From Eledone cirrhosa (Eukaryota): a DNA stretch of 64,000 bases. The DNA lies in contig OZ024741.1 of the NCBI GenBank assembly GCA_964016885.1, positions 189,782,001 through 189,846,000 on the forward strand, written 5' to 3'. The notes below the pieces were generated by a model. It was not told the origin of the DNA, did not search any database, and saw only the letters and a list, made by a program, of their open reading frames with translations. A program made the position numbers and the translations under genes. Below are positions 1-14,091 of the stretch, piece after piece. Position 1 is the first letter of the stretch. Each line of letters begins with the position of its first letter.

Positions 1-262
1 GGCCGAAACAAATGAGGTCGTGTAGGTGTCACGACAAAAAAAACACACAGTCCACGCTGTAATGTGGCCGTGTAGGTAACACGGTAAAAACCTCCCAGTC
101 CACACCGTAAATGTGGTTGGTGTTAGGAAGGGCATCCAGCTGTAGAAAACCCGCCAGACAGTCCTATGCGAGCAAGACAATTACTCTTGCCTCAAGTGGG
201 AAAACTCCCGTCCAAACCCATGCAAGCGTGGAACATGGACGTTAAACAATGATGATGATGAT
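1..262 (+). mobile_element. RTE LINE 3' UTR with (GAT)n tail (runs off the window start)
   Basis: Same 3' UTR as the RTE copies at 7370-8140 and 13000-14090 (gttggtgttaggaagggcatccagc...ggacgttaaac-(gat)n). Confidence 0.85.
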
Positions 263-1837
263 GTATATAATGTCCAACCCTTAACACCAGAGAAAGCAGA
301 TGTTAAACGATGACATTGATATGTGTGTGTGTGAAGATATAAATGCTGTTTTGTCCAAGGTCAGTATTGGTTGAGCAGACCTATCGTCAAAAACATTCCA
401 GTTGGGACCCATCCTCAATGTTTCCAGGCAGTGTCCAAACACTCCCTCATAATGTATCATCCTCTTTTTAAGCTGGTAGAGTTTTTGTATAAAGTGGTCT
501 TCTTTATTGTTACTCTGCAGAGCCACTCAAAACTGCTTGAGTCACTCATCTCCCTTCTCCACTTACTCATAGTGTGTCTATTGTATTCATATTGTAGCTT
601 TGTATGTTTTACATGACCTGGTTGGTGATCACAAGATCGGTGCTGTTTATCCCTTCATTACAATATTTCATATAAAATACATTATATTTGAATTGATCAA
701 CGAAGAATTTGGAAGAATTTACTAAAATTATTTCAATTATTGACATAATATTTGTAACATAACAAAAAAGCTTTTATTTAAAATTAATTTAAATAAAAAC
801 CATTTAAAATTGGGTGATTTTGTTTCTTAGAATTAAAGACAGTTTTGGATGGGTTGATATCAAAAGGGTGAAAGTGTTTACCAATTCAATGTGAAGGAGT
901 TTGTTATTCCTTTGAATGAGGTTTCTGGAGATAAAGGGCCTCTTGTGACTATGGTTTTACATTTTTTTTTTTTTTTTCCCACTCACACCTGAGACTTGGA
1001 TCCATTCTAGTGTCCACCTCTTGTAAATCCTACACTAACCACCATTCCCAGTCTTTTCTCCCCAAAATGTAAACTCTCTGGAATCCTCCCTTTAGCCTAT
1101 CTATGTTTTCCTATGACCATCACCTAACAGCTGTACAAAAAGAACATGATGTTGATTGTAATTGTCCTGGAGGAGAGCTCTGAAATCCCTGCACTATCTA
1201 CTTTTCCCAATCATTTCTTCCTAGCATGTAAATCCTCTTAATTCTTCCCATTGTCTATGATTTCATGCTTCTATCCCGTTACAAAAAGGTGGCAAAATGC
1301 TCTCTGAGTTCAAATCCCGCCAGGGTCAACTTTGCCTTTCCTCCTTTCAAGGTCGATAAAAAAAAGTACCAGTCTAGTACTGGGGGATCGATTCTTCCTC
1401 TATATCTTTTTCTCGTTTCCACTCTCTTATTTTCTAACTTTCTCTGGAAGAAATCTGCTGTACTCAGGCCTGGAAAGGGGTGGACTCGCCAAGCTTAAAA
1501 TGCCCAAGAAATGCCCCTATCACTCTATTAGGAGTTATGGAACCATGCACATACATACCATACACATCCCCTTACAGCTGCATAAGAACATTGTGTTGAT
1601 TCCACCAGACCTGGAGGCCATGGACCTCTAAAAAAAATCAGATTAAACCATCCTCAGCACAATATCTGTATTGATACTTGCAAACAGAAAACACTATTTT
1701 CATTTTAAGCCTTAAATTGTTAAAGGAAATCAAATTAAATAAAATAAATAATGAAATAATGTACTGGGGTTGATTTAATCAACTTCACATCCCCTCAGAT
1801 TATTGGTCTTGTGTCTAAATTAGAAATCATTATTTAT

Positions 1838-2022
1838 GTGGATTGACAGTATCGGTAGAGGGTTGGACGCCATGCTTTCCAGCATAGTTACGTCCCTTTG
1901 CGGTCTGAGTTCAAATCCCGCCGAGGTTAACTTTGCCTTTCATCCTTACGGGGTCGATAAAATAAAGTACCAGTAATGTACTGGGTAATTGATGGCCTTG
2001 TGCCAAAAGTAGAAACAATTAT
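1838..2022 (+). mobile_element. tRNA-derived SINE family A (~185 bp, ATTATT tail)
   Basis: tRNA-like head with B box gagttcaaatcc, body aggttaactttgcctttcatccttacggggtcgataaaataaagtacc, end gccttgtgccaaaagtagaaacaatt; more than 10 copies in the window. Confidence 0.8.
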
Positions 2023-2394
2023 TTATTTCTTGTTTTCTTGTTTTTGTTATGTGTGTTTTTTTTTTGTTGTCTTTTATGGGCAGGCGGGGGGGGGGGGGGT
2101 CTTTAAAACAGAAAGACATGACGATCTTTTATTCTTTGCATACATTTCACAGTATCTCAAGTGAACATTTTCATGTGTTACCGTTAAGTCTTTCTATTTT
2201 TTTATGTATAATATATAACATTTGCTTGTCATTTTTTCGAAACCTTTACATCTGCATCCACGAATTGATATATCTCAGATTCAGAAGATCCAGTTTTAGG
2301 GTGAAAGCAGAAATTGTTTGCTTAAACTTTTAATCTGTGCTAATGATAAACACACACACACATATATTTATATATATATATATCATTTTCATCA

Positions 2395-2884
<490 letters not shown>

Positions 2885-3461
2885 AAAAAACTGAGAGAGC
2901 TGAATAAATAGGTAAATAGTTGGACAGCTTGATGGATGGTCAGGTTGGCAAACATATGGAGAGAGAAATGGATGATTGGATAGGTTAAGTTTGAATGGAT
3001 TATTGAACTGTCCACAATAAGTAAATATGCAGACAAAGGTTTACAATTAGTCAATGATAAATGACAGAATAAAGATAGAAATGTGATACATCAAATCATT
3101 TAAACTTACTGAAATAAAACCAAATTATTTAGCATAGTTAATTTTACAGTCAAAATTAGTAATGGTCTTCTTAATCCTCTTGGCGCTGCTGGTGACTGAA
3201 TGTGCCCATAGACTTATCTCCCTTTAATACATAATACAGTATCAAGGGAAGCAATTCATGAAAAAATTCAGCCTCCAGAAGATTAAGCTGTTTAAGAACA
3301 TTTGAGAATATTAACATCCAAAATTGCTGTCAGCATGAAATGTAAAATATATACTTTTATTTTAAAAATGTATTCATTTTTTAAGCCTTTTGATACCAAA
3401 CTGCCTGGTATCACCCTTGGTTCTACAATACTAAGCTGTTTTATGTAAAAACCTTTGTTAA

Positions 3462-3681
3462 CCCTTTAGCATTTAAAACGACCGTACCCAGCCAGAATTC
3501 TCTCACATCTTTCTGTTCAGGCCAGCTATAACTGGCTGCTCATACTTAAGTTAAGGTATTGTTTTCAAAATAAATAATATCAAAACCTTGTAGATCCGAT
3601 ATTATGTAAGATAATTATGTGAAATAAAGTGTTTACCATGAAAATACAATAGTAAATATAAAGTAATATAATGCTAAAGGG
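3462..3681. mobile_element. piggyBac-type MITE (TTAA TSD, CCCTTTAGCATT TIR), nested in an older TTAA MITE (~3381-3784)
   Basis: ttaa|ccctttagcatt ... aatgctaaaggg|ttaa; outer element ttaagccttttgatacc ... tagcgaagggttaa. Confidence 0.8.
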
Positions 3682-3899
3682 TTAAGTTATGTCCCAAACA
3701 TAATAATGAGATGGCTAAATCTTTCCAAATTCTTGAAAATCATAGGCAGTGTATTTCATTAGAAATATGATAGCGAAGGGTTAATATATAAATACTTTAT
3801 TCTCATGTGACTGGAAGTACTATTTAAAAGTACACTAGTTTTGTGTATGTATTAATGCATGTTTGTGTTACATTTATAGGCATATAGATCCATGGCAAT

Positions 3900-3931
<32 letters not shown>

Positions 3932-5060
3932 TGTTGCCTGTTTTTCCATGTTTGCATGCATTGGGCAGGTCTCCAGTATAGTGGCACAATACATTTTGCA
4001 GAAGTTCAGTATCCTGATATCCATCTCCACAGCTTTCTATATCTCCCTTGATTTTCCACTTCCACAGGTTCCTTCCACTTAGATTGCTTGGTATTTCTTT
4101 AGCCAGCTAGCATCCCTCCATATACATCAAATGTCTGTACCAGTCTAGTCTTCTCTTACACACTTCATCTGATTCCATTTATCACAGTCCATTTATACTC
4201 TGTTGTTCATCCACACTAACATTACATACACATTGGAAAATACTTGCCTTACTTCTTTCCATTCAATAACAATGTTTCTCTAGCATTCAACACCATACTT
4301 CACTCACATTCACATTCATCTGCCACCAGTTGTAATAGCTCCCCCAAATTTTTCCACTCTTCCTTATTCTGATTACTTTACTTAAGAACACCCTCCTCCA
4401 CAACTAATTAGGTCATCTAAGTAACAGAAGCTATCAAATACTCCTAGAAAGCATTTTATAGCATTTGAAATAACTTATTTCATGGATGCTCTTACTTGTA
4501 ACTACTTCCATGCATCTAGTACATATGAAGATTTTTCCTTTCTGTTAGCCTTCCTGTCATCCTAATAAACCTCTTGAGCAGTCATAGTTTTCTTTGGGTA
4601 CACTATATAACAAGCGTAGCCATTTTTCAGATGGTAAGAGAGTCATGTCTTCTTTCTTGCTAACTAAAACTTTTGTTTTCACTGTGTTTACTTTTAGACC
4701 TTTAGATTCTAGGTTTTTGTTTCCACATTTTGAATTTATTCTCTAATTCTTCAACAAATTTATCAGAGAACAAAGTCAACAAAGAAGTTCCCATGAACAG
4801 CCAATCTTAAAGTCCTCTATTATGTCCTCATTCACAGGCTGAAAACTGGACCTTTGTGTTCAAATCTTTTTTTAACTCATTGCTAACTCTCACCTTATTG
4901 ACAATGTCTCTATATATGACTTATTTGGCTTCCACAAACCTTTCATCTACATATAGTTTTCTTAATGACCAACAGACTACATGATGTGGTTCCTTATCAA
5001 ACATTGTCTCCAGGGCAGCAACTGCTGTGTATAGTGACTTTACTCTTAGCTAAGAACTTC
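3900..5060 (-). mobile_element. Old, decayed RTE LINE fragment
   Basis: (CAT)n tail at 3901 followed by degenerate sequence collinear with the RTE RT region of other copies. Confidence 0.65.
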
Positions 5061-5464
5061 ATGGTAAGAAGTCAGTCATTGGGAATTACTCTTTCTAGTA
5101 ATACCTGATTAAATATGATAGTATCTAGTGTGTGTGTGTAACATGTTGCAGAACAAATATCATCAAGGACTCTATTTGAAATTGAAAATGACCATTTTAT
5201 GTTTATATTCTCCCATCAATGCTTACATCTTTCACCGATATAAATTGACGAATATCTCTCCCCCCCCCCCTCTCTCTCCCTCTCTCTCTCTCTCTCACAT
5301 GAGACAAGCTCCTGCACAGTTTCTATTTATCAAATAGATATTTGTCAACTCAAGGCTATGGTGGAAAATACCCAAGATTCTGCACAGCAGGGTTGAACTG
5401 AGAGCCAGATAGTGGTAAAGCAAACTTCTTGACCACACAACGTTTTTATTTTATGTATATAAAA

Positions 5465-5650
5465 TAATTGTTTCTACTTTTTGCACAAGGCCAGCAATTA
5501 CCCAGTACATTACTGGTGCTTTATTTTATCGACCCCGTAAGGATGAAAGGCAAAGCTATAACCTCGGCAGGATTTGAACTCAGAACTTAAAGGTGTATAA
5601 CTCTATGCTGCAAAGCATGGTGTCTGATGCTCTACCAATACTGTTAATCC
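5465..5650 (-). mobile_element. SINE family A
   Basis: Reverse complement of the family A consensus. Confidence 0.8.
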
Positions 5651-5687
5651 AAAAATAATGATGATGATGACAATACACACAAGTGTA

Positions 5688-5723
<36 letters not shown>

Positions 5724-5724
<1 letters not shown>

Positions 5725-6070
5725 GGAGGCACATGGCTTAGTGGTTAGAGCATTGGCCTTGCAATCGAAAGGTTGTGAGTTCAATTCTCAGACTGGGTGA
5801 TGTGTTGTTTCCTTGAGCAAGACACTTTATTTCACATTGCTCCAGTTTACTCAGCTGTAGAAATGAGATGATAGGGACTGAGGTCCATATCATTCCACTG
5901 CAAAGTGGTCGTGGAGGTGCCACGGCAAAAAAGCACCCAGCACTCACTGTAAATGAGGTTGGTGTTAGGAAGGGCATCCAGCTGTAGAAATCAAGCCAGA
6001 ATCAGTTCCCGTCCCACCCTTGCAAGCAGGGAAAAGCGGACGTAAAATGAAATGATGATGATGATGATGA
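5724..6070 (+). mobile_element. SINE family B (tRNA-like head, central domain, RTE-derived 3' end, (GAT)n tail) in a (TA)n site
   Basis: A box tggcttagtggt, anticodon-like ttgcaa, B box gagttcaattc, central ccttgagcaagacacttt...actcagctgtagaaatgag, 3' part shared with the RTE 3' UTR. Confidence 0.88.
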
Positions 6071-6418
6071 TATATATATATATGTTTAATTATGAACTAT
6101 GAATTATAGGAGCCCACTTGAATATATATCTATTGATGGTATACAAGCTCCTACATAAATTGGTATAATTTCACCCAAATTGTAGGAATCCTATAATGAA
6201 ACGAGACGCCCGTCTGGGAAGAGATATATTTGATATGTCTGATATGAAATAATACAGCCAATTTTCCACGCAATACTTTTAGTTAGCACCCCAAACGCAT
6301 AATTGGGAATATAATCACTTATTTCCTAATGTTTGTTGAGTGAGTTGGAATTTGGCCGGAGTATCGCTAAAAAGCTTTCTCCGATATTGTATTTATTTAT
6401 ATATATATATATATATAT

Positions 6419-6940
6419 AAGTTAAAACAATTAAATAAAAATCCAAGTCATTAGAAATATACCTCACTGCTTTACGATCGTTTCTAGGTGATAATAATAC
6501 ATCGTACGCACATTTTGTTATCGATCTATGTAGAGTTAGTTACAAAATATCAAATAAGGAATATATTTACCTACGTGTATATCATCAGCCGTTGTCATAA
6601 GCAATGAAAATTTTCATTTCTTTTGACAATGGCTGATGATATACACGTAGGTAAATATATTCCTTATTTGATATTTTGTAACTAACTCTACATAGATCGA
6701 TAACGAAATGTGCGTACGATGTATTATTATCACCTAGAAACGATCGTAAAGCAGTGAGGTATATTTCTAATGACTTGAATTTTTATTTCATCGTTTTAAC
6801 TTATATCATGACTCTGTTTTCCTTTTGATGTTTTATTGTTTTCCGGGATTTATTTTAACCTACAACATTTTCAACATATGGATTACATTGAGTTCTTCAT
6901 GCAGACTAGACCCCACAACTAACCGTGGATACTTCTGTGT
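6419..6940 (+). mobile_element. (TA)n-flanked asymmetric palindrome (Penelope-like pLTR-type mini-element)
   Basis: Near-perfect inverted repeat 6419-6802 centred on aatgaaaa|ttttcatt, with the right arm extended by ~140 bp; CTGATGA at 6633 and GAAACGATCGTA at 6737; related sequence at 60230-60430 and 61310-61480. Confidence 0.7.
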
Positions 6941-6941
6941 G

Positions 6942-6987
<46 letters not shown>

Positions 6988-7309
6988 ATTGCAGCTTTTT
7001 GTGAAACTTTATTTCATATTACAATTGTTTCTAAATCAATCAGCTCAGGTTTGATCATGTGATCGGATCCTGACTCTTAATCAACACTTCTTCAGATATG
7101 AGAGTTTACATGGGTGCTCACATCCAAACTGTTGACATATGTAACCAAGTTACTAACATAATAACATAATATATATAGGGGTTACGAAGGGCATAGAAAG
7201 CCAGCCAGAAACACCCCTTATTGAGCAAGACATGGTCATCTGACCCAACTTACCTCTAAATGTCTATCCCATGCAAGCATGGAAGATAGATGTTAATCGA
7301 TGATGATGA

Positions 7310-7354
<45 letters not shown>

Positions 7355-7369
7355 TATATATAAAGTGCA

Positions 7370-8140
7370 GGGCAATAAAAATAGACGGTAGCCACGGAGT
7401 AGGCAGACCCAGAAAAACCTGGGATGAGCTGATAAATTCCGACCTCACACACTTACACCTCTCCAAGACAATGTCACTGGACCGAGATCTTTGGCGCTAC
7501 ACAGTAATACAGAAGACCCGCCTTACCTAAGTACAAAGTGAAACCTACTACAGTCAGTAGGCACCTCTAACATAATACACCCCCGTCCCACTACCCCCAC
7601 CCCATCCACACCACCCCTTTCAATGTAAAGTTATGTTGGTGTCACAACATCCAGCCCGAAACAAATGAGGTTGTGTAGGTGTCACGACAAAAAAAACACA
7701 CAGTCCACGCTGTAATGTGGCCGTGTAGGTAACACGGTAAAAACCTCCCAGTCCCACACTGTAAACGTGGTTGGTGTTAGGAAGGGCATCCAGCTGTAGA
7801 AAACCCGCCAGACAGTCCACGCTGTAATGTGGCCGTGTAGGTAACACGGTAAAAACCTCCCAGTCCACACTAAACGTGGTTGGTGTTAGGAAGGGCATCC
7901 AGCTGTAGAAAACCCGCCAGACAGTCCACGCTGTAATGTGGCCGTGTAGGTAACACGGTAAAAACCTCCCAGTCCACACTGTAAACGTGGTTGGTGTTAG
8001 GAAGGGCATCCAGCCGTAGAAAACCCGCCAGACAGTCCTATGCAAGCAAGGCAACCACTCTTGCCTCAAGTGGGAAAACTCCCGTCCAAACCCATGCAAG
8101 CGTGGAAGATGGACGTTAAACGATGATGATGATGATGATA
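7370..8140 (+). mobile_element. 5'-truncated RTE LINE with a triplicated ~110-bp 3' UTR segment
   Basis: ORF C-terminus (GRPRKTWDELINSDL), then three tandem copies of acagtccacgctgtaatg...aaacccgccag, then (GAT)n. Confidence 0.9.
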
Positions 8141-8493
8141 CAGAGAGAGAGAGAGAGATGTGCACACCACACAGATACACACACACATTAAATTGTACTG
8201 ATAAGAGATTCAGTTTTTTAGTGTGTGATGAAAACTTCTCATGAACAAAGCCAGTTATAAGGTTTGTGTTTTACAGAGCTTTAGTGCTGTGGCTGATGAT
8301 GATAGTTATAACGACAGTAGTAGTTGAAGATTTTTGATGCAGATTCTGTGGGTATGTTCTTTTTAAGCATATCGTGTCAATCTTTTCTGTTTATGGCTGC
8401 TCTATCAACAACAACAAAAAGTAGAATGGAACAAAGAAAGATAAGAAAATAATAATTATTATTTTTATTATTATTTTTATTATTATTATTATT

Positions 8494-10729
8494 ATGCCAG
8501 ACTTGTTCGGAGGCGTCTTGGCAAACGTCTACTGCAACTGGCAACAGAACGGGAGAATTCCCAGCTCTGTGAGCCGAGGAGCGGTGGCGCTGCTGAAAAA
8601 GGATCTGAACAAGGAGGTTAACATAGATAATTTCAGGCCCATAACTCTTCTAAACACAGAGTTCAAGATTTTGGCCAAGGTGCTAGCAAAGAGGTTGGCG
8701 CTTGTCATTGGTGGTCTGGTGTAAGAGGCGCAGACATGTGCCATTCCCGACAGATCCATCCACGACAACCTCCACCTCATGCAATACATCGTGGAGCGGG
8801 TAGCTAGGGAACCTGGCACGGGTGGGTCCTTGATCAATTTAGATCAGTCGAAAGCTTTCGATAGGGTTGACCATCGTTATCTGGCGGCAGTCATGAGGGT
8901 GGCTGGCTTTGGGCCCGTCTTCAGAGGCTGGATCGCTGCCATGCACAGCGACATCTGCTCTGTGGTGAGAGTGAACGGTCACCTTTCAGAACCGTTCAAC
9001 ATCATGCACTCTGTCTGCCAAGGATGTCCCCTTACGTCCCTCTTGTACGTATTGACTCTCGAGCCATTACTGCACAAACTGGAGACATTGAGGGGGGTCC
9101 CGCGCGAACTAGGATGCGGAATCTCCATGTCAGCATATGCCGACGATGTCACCATAGTGGTGTTGAACGCCAAATACATCGAGGCAATCGGCACTACACT
9201 AAGAGAATACGAAGCGGTGACAGGAGCAATGATCAACCAGGAAAAATCGGTGGGCCTGCAGCTCAGCACCTGGAGAGGCAGGTCCATGCCATCCAACGGC
9301 GTTGTCGGGCGCTGCTCGGACGGACCAGTTAAATTGTTAGGGGTCTGGTTCGGTCCGGACCTCCAGACGGACAAAAACTGGGATGAGGTGACGAGCAGGG
9401 TGGCTTCTCTCACCCAGAAATGGGCGGAGAGGAAGCTATCGCTGAGAGGTCGAGCAGAGGTGGCTAATGCGTACATCGTGTCCGTCATCTACTACCGCCT
9501 GACCGTCGTGCCTTGTGCTAAGCCTCGCCTGACTACGCTGGAGCGTTTGCTCTTTCGCTTTATGTGGAAGGGACGCGTTCCGATGGTCAGGCGGTCCATC
9601 TGCTGTCAACACCCGCTACATGGAGGGCTGGGCATGCCATGGCTAATGATGCGCAGACACGCACTCAGGCTATGACATCTCCACCTCTTCCTCGACACTG
9701 ATCAGGTGTGGTCGCCGTTTGCTAGACGCGTCTTTCCCCAGCTCATCTCCTTGACGGAGCTGCAGTCCTGGGTCAAGTGAAGACCGAGAGGGAGCGCTTG
9801 GAGACTGGAATGTCTTCAGGCGCTCAGAGCCCTCGGCCAATCGGGCAATGTGATCGGTGGAAACTCCACCTTGGCGTTCTATAGAGGATTAGTGGAGGGG
9901 AAGAGCGACGACATACTTGGGGAAACTCTAGGCATCGACGAAAATCAACTAGCCAATCTCTTTGGAAGAACTTTCAGGCCGGGACCTATGGACAACTTTC
10001 AGAAATCCCAGGCCTGACAGTGTTACCGAGGAGCTTTGCCAGTTCGGGATAAACTCTGCAGGCATGGAGGTGCCGTCAGCCGGGCATGTCCGAGATGCGC
10101 GCAGGGCGACGAAACCGTCCTGCATGCACTCGTCCAGTGTCCGAGCATTGCTGACTTGTGGGTTTATGTCGAATACCTGCTGTCGCATGTAGAATGGAGC
10201 TGACTATCAGCTGAGTCTATCGTGAGGATTGCCCCGCCCTCTTCCTTTAGCCAGGAAGGGCAGGCAGTTTTTATCTGTCTGGTGGACACGTCTGAAAGGG
10301 CTGAAGACGAGCACTTACCTCTTCGGTGATGCCCTGATTAACTTTTTCCAATTTCATTTGAAAAGGAAAATCAGGGTAGAGAGGGAGGTGCTCTCTTCCC
10401 AACTTTTTGTTGAAAGATGGGTGAGAGAGGCAAGAATGGCCCGAGTGAGTGAACCTACTCTGAGTATATGTCTGTAAATTGAAGGTGGAAAACTAGGAGA
10501 GGACAATTGCCCTGGTGGTCAGGGTCACCGTGGCTTTTTTTAATGGGATTTCTCCAAGATGGCCCGCGGAAGTCTCCCCCCCTATTGGGGAATTTTTCAT
10601 TGTTCTATTATTACAGCCTGTTTTTTTTTTGTTTTTTACACACAGAAATGCCCATTTGTACTGTCCTGTATTGTCCTGTACTGTCCTTAATGTCTACTTT
10701 GTGTAAACCCTTGTGGTTAATAAAGAAAG

Positions 10730-10731
<2 letters not shown>
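8494..10731 (+). mobile_element. 5'-truncated Tx1/L1-clade LINE (RT, C-terminal Cys/His region, 3' UTR), decayed, in a (TTA)n repeat
   Basis: NFRPITLLNTEFKILAK, LDQSKAFDRVDH, QGCPL, YADD, GGLGMP motifs; in-frame stops; aataaa near the 3' end; (tta)n on both sides; GC-rich relative to the host. Confidence 0.92.
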
Positions 10732-10775
<44 letters not shown>

Positions 10776-11149
10776 TTGCACGCTATCACTGCATTACGAA
10801 GCACGGCTCTGTGTGCTTTGGGTATGTGCTGTGTGGTTTTTGGTGTTGTTTCAATTGTAGTGAGAGTACTCTTTGTAATATGTGTGCAGTGCCTAGTAGT
10901 GTTATTTTCTGTATGTTATATATACATATATACATACATAATAAGTTGACGGACCTAGCATAGGTATCACTGCTAGGACTGGTTGCATCTCAGTGTACTC
11001 AATAGGTAATGTTAAATAAACTCCCAGAGTATACACATAGTTATTCGCTTCAATACAACACACATATATATGTATGTGTGTGTAAGTCTTGGGGTACTCT
11101 ATATAATATGTATTCAGTACCTAGTAGTGTTATTTACTCTAACTTGTAT

Positions 11150-11630
11150 ATATTTTGAGTCCTGGAGTTTTGGTTATGTATTTGCATGATTTTTTACCAT
11201 TCCAAGAGCACCTATTATTATAGGTATTGTTTCTGTCTTCAAAATTCACATTCAGGTTATTTCTATCTCTAGATCTTTATATTTGGATAGTTTCTCCATT
11301 TCCTTGGTAGAAATGTTGTCATTAGTTCGGATTGATACATCAATCAAAAGACATTTTTTCTATGTAGTTTTTTACTATAATGTCTGGTAGATTGGCTTTG
11401 ATCTCTCTGTCTGTATGTATGGGCATATCCCAGAGAATGGTTGCTTTGTCATTCTCTGATACCTTTTCTGGTGTGTGTTTGTACCATCTTTTGTCTGTGA
11501 GTATGTCATAATGTTGGCATAATTTCCAATGTATGTAGGTCCCTACTCTATCATGTCTGTGAATATATTCCTTTTTGGCTAAGACTGGAGAGTCCTGAAT
11601 AATGTGGTTGATAGTTTCTTCCCCACATAT
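11150..11630 (-). mobile_element. Dong/R4-clade LINE 3' fragment (RLE domain)
   Basis: Minus strand reads RHDRVGTYIHWKLCQHY...HTPEKVSENDKATILWDMPIHTDREIKANLPDII, the R4-type restriction-like endonuclease region. Confidence 0.75.
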
Positions 11631-12999
11631 AAAAAGGAATAACAGAAACTTCTTTTAACTTCCATCATTGTTTTTAGCTTCATGTCAGTTCAGACTGATC
11701 AAAGACTTTTCAGCTGTGACCATCCTGCTTTTAATCAGATATGATGAATCCATTACCAAATTGTACAAGTGTCCTACCTCTTCTAAGACAGTGGAGTGAG
11801 GTTTAGATGAGAGGAGATTGTTATTTCTAGCATATTACTTGACTGCATAGAAGCTCTCTTATTTGTCCATATATAAGAATTATTGTTGTTATTTATCCCC
11901 TTGTTAGTGCTCATAGGATGTGGCATGACTGGATGGTTGAGGAGTTCAATTTCACTCAGTAACATTTTGGGCAAGTGTCAGGTAGACCCATACCATGTGA
12001 GTATAATTGGGTAGATGGGAACTGATTAGAAGCCCATCAAATTGACTATACCTGTAATTCAAATAGCCTACCTTATCACACACTGTAACATGCTGAATCT
12101 CCTTGAGAACTGCATTACGAATACACATGTCTGAGGACTACTCAGCCATTTAAATATTAATTTCATGAGCAGGCTGTTCCACTGATTAAAACTGGATCAC
12201 TCATAAAAACCGATGAAGATCCATTCTTTCCTAGTGCTCACCTATCAGACATAGTATCAAAAGAACACCAGCCTTAACCCTCCAATCTTTTCATGTGTAG
12301 TATATCTTGGAGTACATTATCCAATATGTCCTTCCATTTTTAGGTGTGAGTCAAAGAGTATTTGGCTGCTATTTCTAACCAGTCAAGCAACCACATACAA
12401 ATCCCCTCATTGGCTCATAGCTTCCAGGATTATTTATCTATATAAAGGGAACAAAGTGTCTTTTGTTAGGTTACTATCTTCAAATCCCTGCTCTTTTAAT
12501 CAATTTTGATAAACATCCAAATACTTTTGTTCCTGTGTTATGTTTTGTTTTGTTTGTTTGTTTGTTGCTTTTTTAAGCAAAGGTGGGGGGGGGGCTGTTG
12601 TCTTGGGTTTATATTGTTCTGGATATTCTTTTTGTTGTTGTTGTTATTGTTGCTTTCTTTATCTTTCTATAAAGCTATATTTAATCAATAATGTAGATGA
12701 AATTAGTTGACCTTTCTCAGACTTTGTTATTAACAGAATCCTATCTTAATAAAATAATAACAATATCAACTATAATAATAAACATGGATGTTATTATCAA
12801 TATTATTATTATTGTCATTAGTATTGTTATTACTATCATAAAATGGTTTCTATTAACATTTAACTAACACAGAGTCATTAAAATAAATAACAGTAGTCAG
12901 CCATTGGGAGAGGTAGATATCAGCTGACTAACGGGAGGGGGGGGGGTCGATAACATTCTACTCTTGAGGTCAATATAATCACTACTTTATTCATTTTAG

Positions 13000-14059
13000 A
13001 CTTTACATGTGGCCGGTGTTCTGGTGCAATAAGTAGCAGCAAGTGCCCACAAAATACTAGCTCTTTCAATTGCGCAGAGGGTTCTATAGAAATAGTGGAC
13101 AGCTTCCGTTACCTGGGCGATAAAATCAGCAGTGGGGGAGGGTGCTCTGAAAGTACTGTAGCTAGAGTCAGAACTGGTTGGAAAAAGTTCAGAGAGCTTA
13201 TACCACTATTAGCTGCTAAAGGGTTCTCCCTAAAAATGAAAGGCAGGTTGTACGATGCCTGCATACGAACAGCAATGTTGCATGGTAGTGAGACCTGGGC
13301 ATTGTGTGCAGAGGATATACGCAGACTAGAGAGGAACGAAGCTTGCATGCTCCGCTGGATGTGTAACAGTAATATATGTGAACGGCAAAGCATAAACGAA
13401 CTAAGGAAAAAATTAGAGATAAGAGGGATCAGATGTTGTTTACTCGAGAGAAGGCTGCGTTGGTATGGACACATGATGCGCATGAAAGTCGATAGCTGTA
13501 TTACAAAGTGCAGGGCAATAAAGATAGACGGTAGCCACGGAATAGGCAGACCTAGAAAAACATGGGATGAGCTGATAAACTCCGACCTCACACACTTACA
13601 CCTCTCCAAGACAATGTCACTGGACCGTGACCTTTGGCGGTACTCAGGAACAGAGAAGACCCGCCTTGCCAGTAGGGCGGTACTCAGTAACAGAGAAGAC
13701 CCGCCTTGCCAGTAGGCATCTCTAACAAAATACACCCCGTCCCGCCGCCACCCCCACCCCATCCACACCACCCCGTTCTATGTAAAGTTATGTTGGTGCC
13801 GCGCCATCCAGGCCGAAACAAATGAGATCGTGTAGGTGTCACGACAAAAAAACACACAGTCCACGCTGTAATGTGGCCGTGTAGGCAACACGGTAAAAAC
13901 CTCCCAGACCCACACTGTAAATGTGGTTGGTGTTAGGAAGGGCATCCAACTGTAGAAAACCTGCCAGACAGTCCTATGCGAGCAAGACAATCACTCTTGC
14001 CTCAAGTGGGACTACCCCCGTCCAAACCCATGCAAGCGTGGAACACGGACGTTAAACGT

Positions 14060-14090
<31 letters not shown>
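13000..14090 (+). mobile_element. 5'-truncated RTE LINE
   Basis: ORF 13095-13715 (FRYLGD, MLHGSETW, RRLRWYGH, GRPRKTW), 3' UTR and (GAT)n tail. Confidence 0.92.

Positions 14091-14091
<1 letters not shown>

Noticed and set aside
5724-5800. tRNA-Cys gene
   Set aside because: It is the head of a multi-copy SINE and continues into a SINE body and RTE tail.
5738-5977. Recurrent 79-aa ORF MPFLTPTSFTVSAG... (also 29738, 45169, 60607)
   Set aside because: Antisense translation of SINE B; recurrence reflects copy number, not coding.
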